Shown: piece by piece, positions 26,816 through 28,785 of the stretch
Layout of the letters: each line of letters opens with the position of its first letter
How positions within the stretch are numbered: the stretch's first letter is position 1
Source: Pseudomonadota bacterium
GTDB taxonomy: Bacteria > Pseudomonadota > Gammaproteobacteria > Beggiatoales > Beggiatoaceae
Length of the DNA: 28,785 nt
Assembly (NCBI GenBank): GCA_039797505.1
Contig: JBDKHS010000215.1
Coordinates: 1 to 28,785 of the forward strand
Reading direction: 5' to 3'
Notes under the pieces: generated by a model
The model's input: only the letters and a program-made list of their open reading frames with translations
The model's database searches: none
Told to the model about the DNA's origin: nothing
Position numbers and translations under genes: made by a program

Positions 26816-28785
26816 ATGGCGCACGCTGCAATGAATGATTTCTTCATGCAAAGCACAAGCTTACTGAGTGTTTTAAACTTTGAAACACAATGGATAGCTC
26901 ATAATCCTGCGTGGCAGGCGGTTTTCGCTCAGGATGCGCTGCCCGCTTCGGTATTTTGCCATGTGCATCCCGCCGACCAGATTGCGTTGGGTGAGACATT
27001 ACAAACTTTAATAAAGGCTAAAGTCACCACTCAGCAGCTGAATCTGCGTTATCAAACAGTGAATCATGATTATCAATGGGTACAATGGGAACTCAATGCG
27101 CATGCTCACAGCGCACGACTGTATCTCACGGCACGCTTGCTAGAGATACCCAGTGAAATAGTGGCTTATCATCATTTACTCACACATTTACCGTTTGCTG
27201 CTGTGATAACCGATTTAACTGGTTATCCGCTTAGGATTAATACAGCCTTTACTCAGATGTTAGGTTATGAATTATCTGAATTGCAGCAATTGGGATTTAA
27301 AAAAATAACCCATTCTGAAGATGCGGTTTTTGAGCAGACACAATTCGACAGCTTGGTGCAGCGTAAACACCATTTTTTTCAGATGGAAAAACGCTATTTA
27401 CATAAAGATCAGCATCCACTGTGGGGACAGGTCACCATTTCCACCTTGGATGATGTCCAAGGGCAAGCCCGTTATTTTCTGATTCTGATTGAGAATATCA
27501 ACACTCGTAAATCCATCGAGGAGACTTTACGCCGCCGAGAAGAACGTTTCGATCTCGCAATGCGTGGGGTCAATCATGGGGTGTGGGATTGGAATCTGGA
27601 AAAGCAACAAATTTTCTTTTCGGCACATTGGAAGCGGATGCTGGGTTATAGCTCTTATGAAATTGGCAATCAGCTCATCGATTGGCAACGCCATATTCAT
27701 CCCGATGACTTGCCGATTGTGATGAATGATTTAGAAACTCATCTAAAAAATCATACCTTGCGCTATGAAAGTGTCTATCGGGTGCAACACAAACGTGGGC
27801 ATTATCTCTGGGTATTAGATCGTGGTGCGGCATTGCGCCAACCCGATGGTACGCCCTACAGAATGCTGGGCACGTATGTCGATATTACCGCCTACAAACA
27901 AAATGAAAAAATTTTAGAAGAAGCACGCACCTCGCTAGAACAAATTATCAATGCGTTACCGTTGGCGATTTTATTAAAAGATCGACAACATCACTGGCAC
28001 TTTTTCAATAATACCTTTTGTGAATTAACGGGTTATTCGCACGAGTTTCTGCTGGGTAAAACCGATTATGACATGGTGCCTGATGAAAACGTGGCAACCC
28101 AGTGTTGGCAGCAAGATGAAGAAATTTTTCTCACGGGGCGAGAAGTGACTTATGAGCAGCCCTTAATTGATTCACATCAGCAATTACACAATATTCTGGT
28201 GAAAAAAACGCTATACCGTGACCAATTACGGGGAGAAGATTTCGTTTTTTGCTGCATTACGGATATAACCCAGCGCAAACATAGTGAAGAACGTTATCGA
28301 CGCTTATTCAACAGCAGCAATGATGCCATTTTTGTGTTTCCTTTGAATGAGTTAGGCTTGCCCGAAGTTTTTATTGAAGTCAATGATATTGCTTGCACAT
28401 ATTTATGGCGTAGTCGTGAAAGTTTAATGACCCTCTCTTTACTTGATCTATTACCCACGGTCAGCATCAGCACGATTAGCCAGCATTTAAAAACGCTACT
28501 GCTGGAACAACACGCGCTTTTTGAATGCGATTTGATACGTGCCGACGAGCAAAGCATCGCGATTGAAATGAATTGGCAATTATTCGAGTTGGAAGGCAGG
28601 CAAACTGTGCTCGCGGTGGGGCGCGACATCACCAAGCGTAAAGCCGCAGAACGCAGTATTCAAGAGCGGGATCGCATTTTAGAAGGCATCGCCAATATTA
28701 CCCAGAAATTGCTGACCACTTTGGACTATGAGCAAGCGATTCGCCATGCTTTGGAGACGGTCAGTATTTTAATTGATGTCGATCG
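26816..28785 (+). CDS. Multi-PAS sensory protein (3'-partial; output domain beyond the window)
   Basis: Open frame from ATG 26816 to the window end, translated by hand. Five PAS/PAC units (HVHPAD, KITHSED, WDWN...HIHPDD...YVDIT, LGKTDYD...ITDITQRK, GRDITKRK), then a GAF-like start (ITQKLLTTLDYEQAI...DVDR). Confidence 0.92.
   Translation, partial: MAHAAMNDFFMQSTSLLSVLNFETQWIAHNPAWQAVFAQDALPASVFCHVHPADQIALGETLQTLIKAKVTTQQLNLRYQTVNHDYQWVQWELNAHAHSARLYLTARLLEIPSEIVAYHHLLTHLPFAAVITDLTGYPLRINTAFTQMLGYELSELQQLGFKKITHSEDAVFEQTQFDSLVQRKHHFFQMEKRYLHKDQHPLWGQVTISTLDDVQGQARYFLILIENINTRKSIEETLRRREERFDLAMRGVNHGVWDWNLEKQQIFFSAHWKRMLGYSSYEIGNQLIDWQRHIHPDDLPIVMNDLETHLKNHTLRYESVYRVQHKRGHYLWVLDRGAALRQPDGTPYRMLGTYVDITAYKQNEKILEEARTSLEQIINALPLAILLKDRQHHWHFFNNTFCELTGYSHEFLLGKTDYDMVPDENVATQCWQQDEEIFLTGREVTYEQPLIDSHQQLHNILVKKTLYRDQLRGEDFVFCCITDITQRKHSEERYRRLFNSSNDAIFVFPLNELGLPEVFIEVNDIACTYLWRSRESLMTLSLLDLLPTVSISTISQHLKTLLLEQHALFECDLIRADEQSIAIEMNWQLFELEGRQTVLAVGRDITKRKAAERSIQERDRILEGIANITQKLLTTLDYEQAIRHALETVSILIDVD

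Noticed and set aside
95-28635. Many short antisense or off-frame ORFs in the track (e.g. 95-355, 1584-1961, 2438-2788, 5065-5472, 8368-8679, 18496-21546 set, 22137-22526, 24579-25001, 26124-26522, 27489-27722, 28294-28635)
   Set aside because: They lie within well-supported genes and show no recognisable motifs, so they are shadow frames.

Overview
This is a 28.8-kb chromosomal window from a gammaproteobacterium. A Thiotrichales/Beggiatoaceae-like host is my inference from protein style and the repeat-saturated spacers, and is not verified. Housekeeping genes: yciI-bolA-parvulin PPIase, dapE, gcvPB-dgkA, a Zn/Mn-type ABC transporter, a stand-alone atpC, rng-yhdP, a DedA protein, a MORN lipoprotein, tsaD, and a multi-PAS sensor that runs off the right edge. 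Nearly every intergenic gap is filled with palindromic REP/MITE-like repeats from several families. One decayed island (10.6-12.2 kb) holds a TnpB fragment and a truncated DNA methyltransferase. Best candidates for undescribed biology: (1) a two-gene envelope module, a coiled-coil protein plus a protein with coiled-coil/longin-like, TM, periplasmic-repeat and OmpA regions, whose long ORF is split by one in-frame TAG; (2) a cold-shock-domain protein with an export signal, translationally coupled to tsaD; (3) a CPA1 antiporter-cNMP-binding fusion with several canonical ion- and nucleotide-binding residues replaced; (4) a perfect 73-bp duplication of the bolA 3' end flanking a REP doublet. No tRNA, rRNA or CRISPR array was seen. 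All family assignments come from motif recognition, not database searches.
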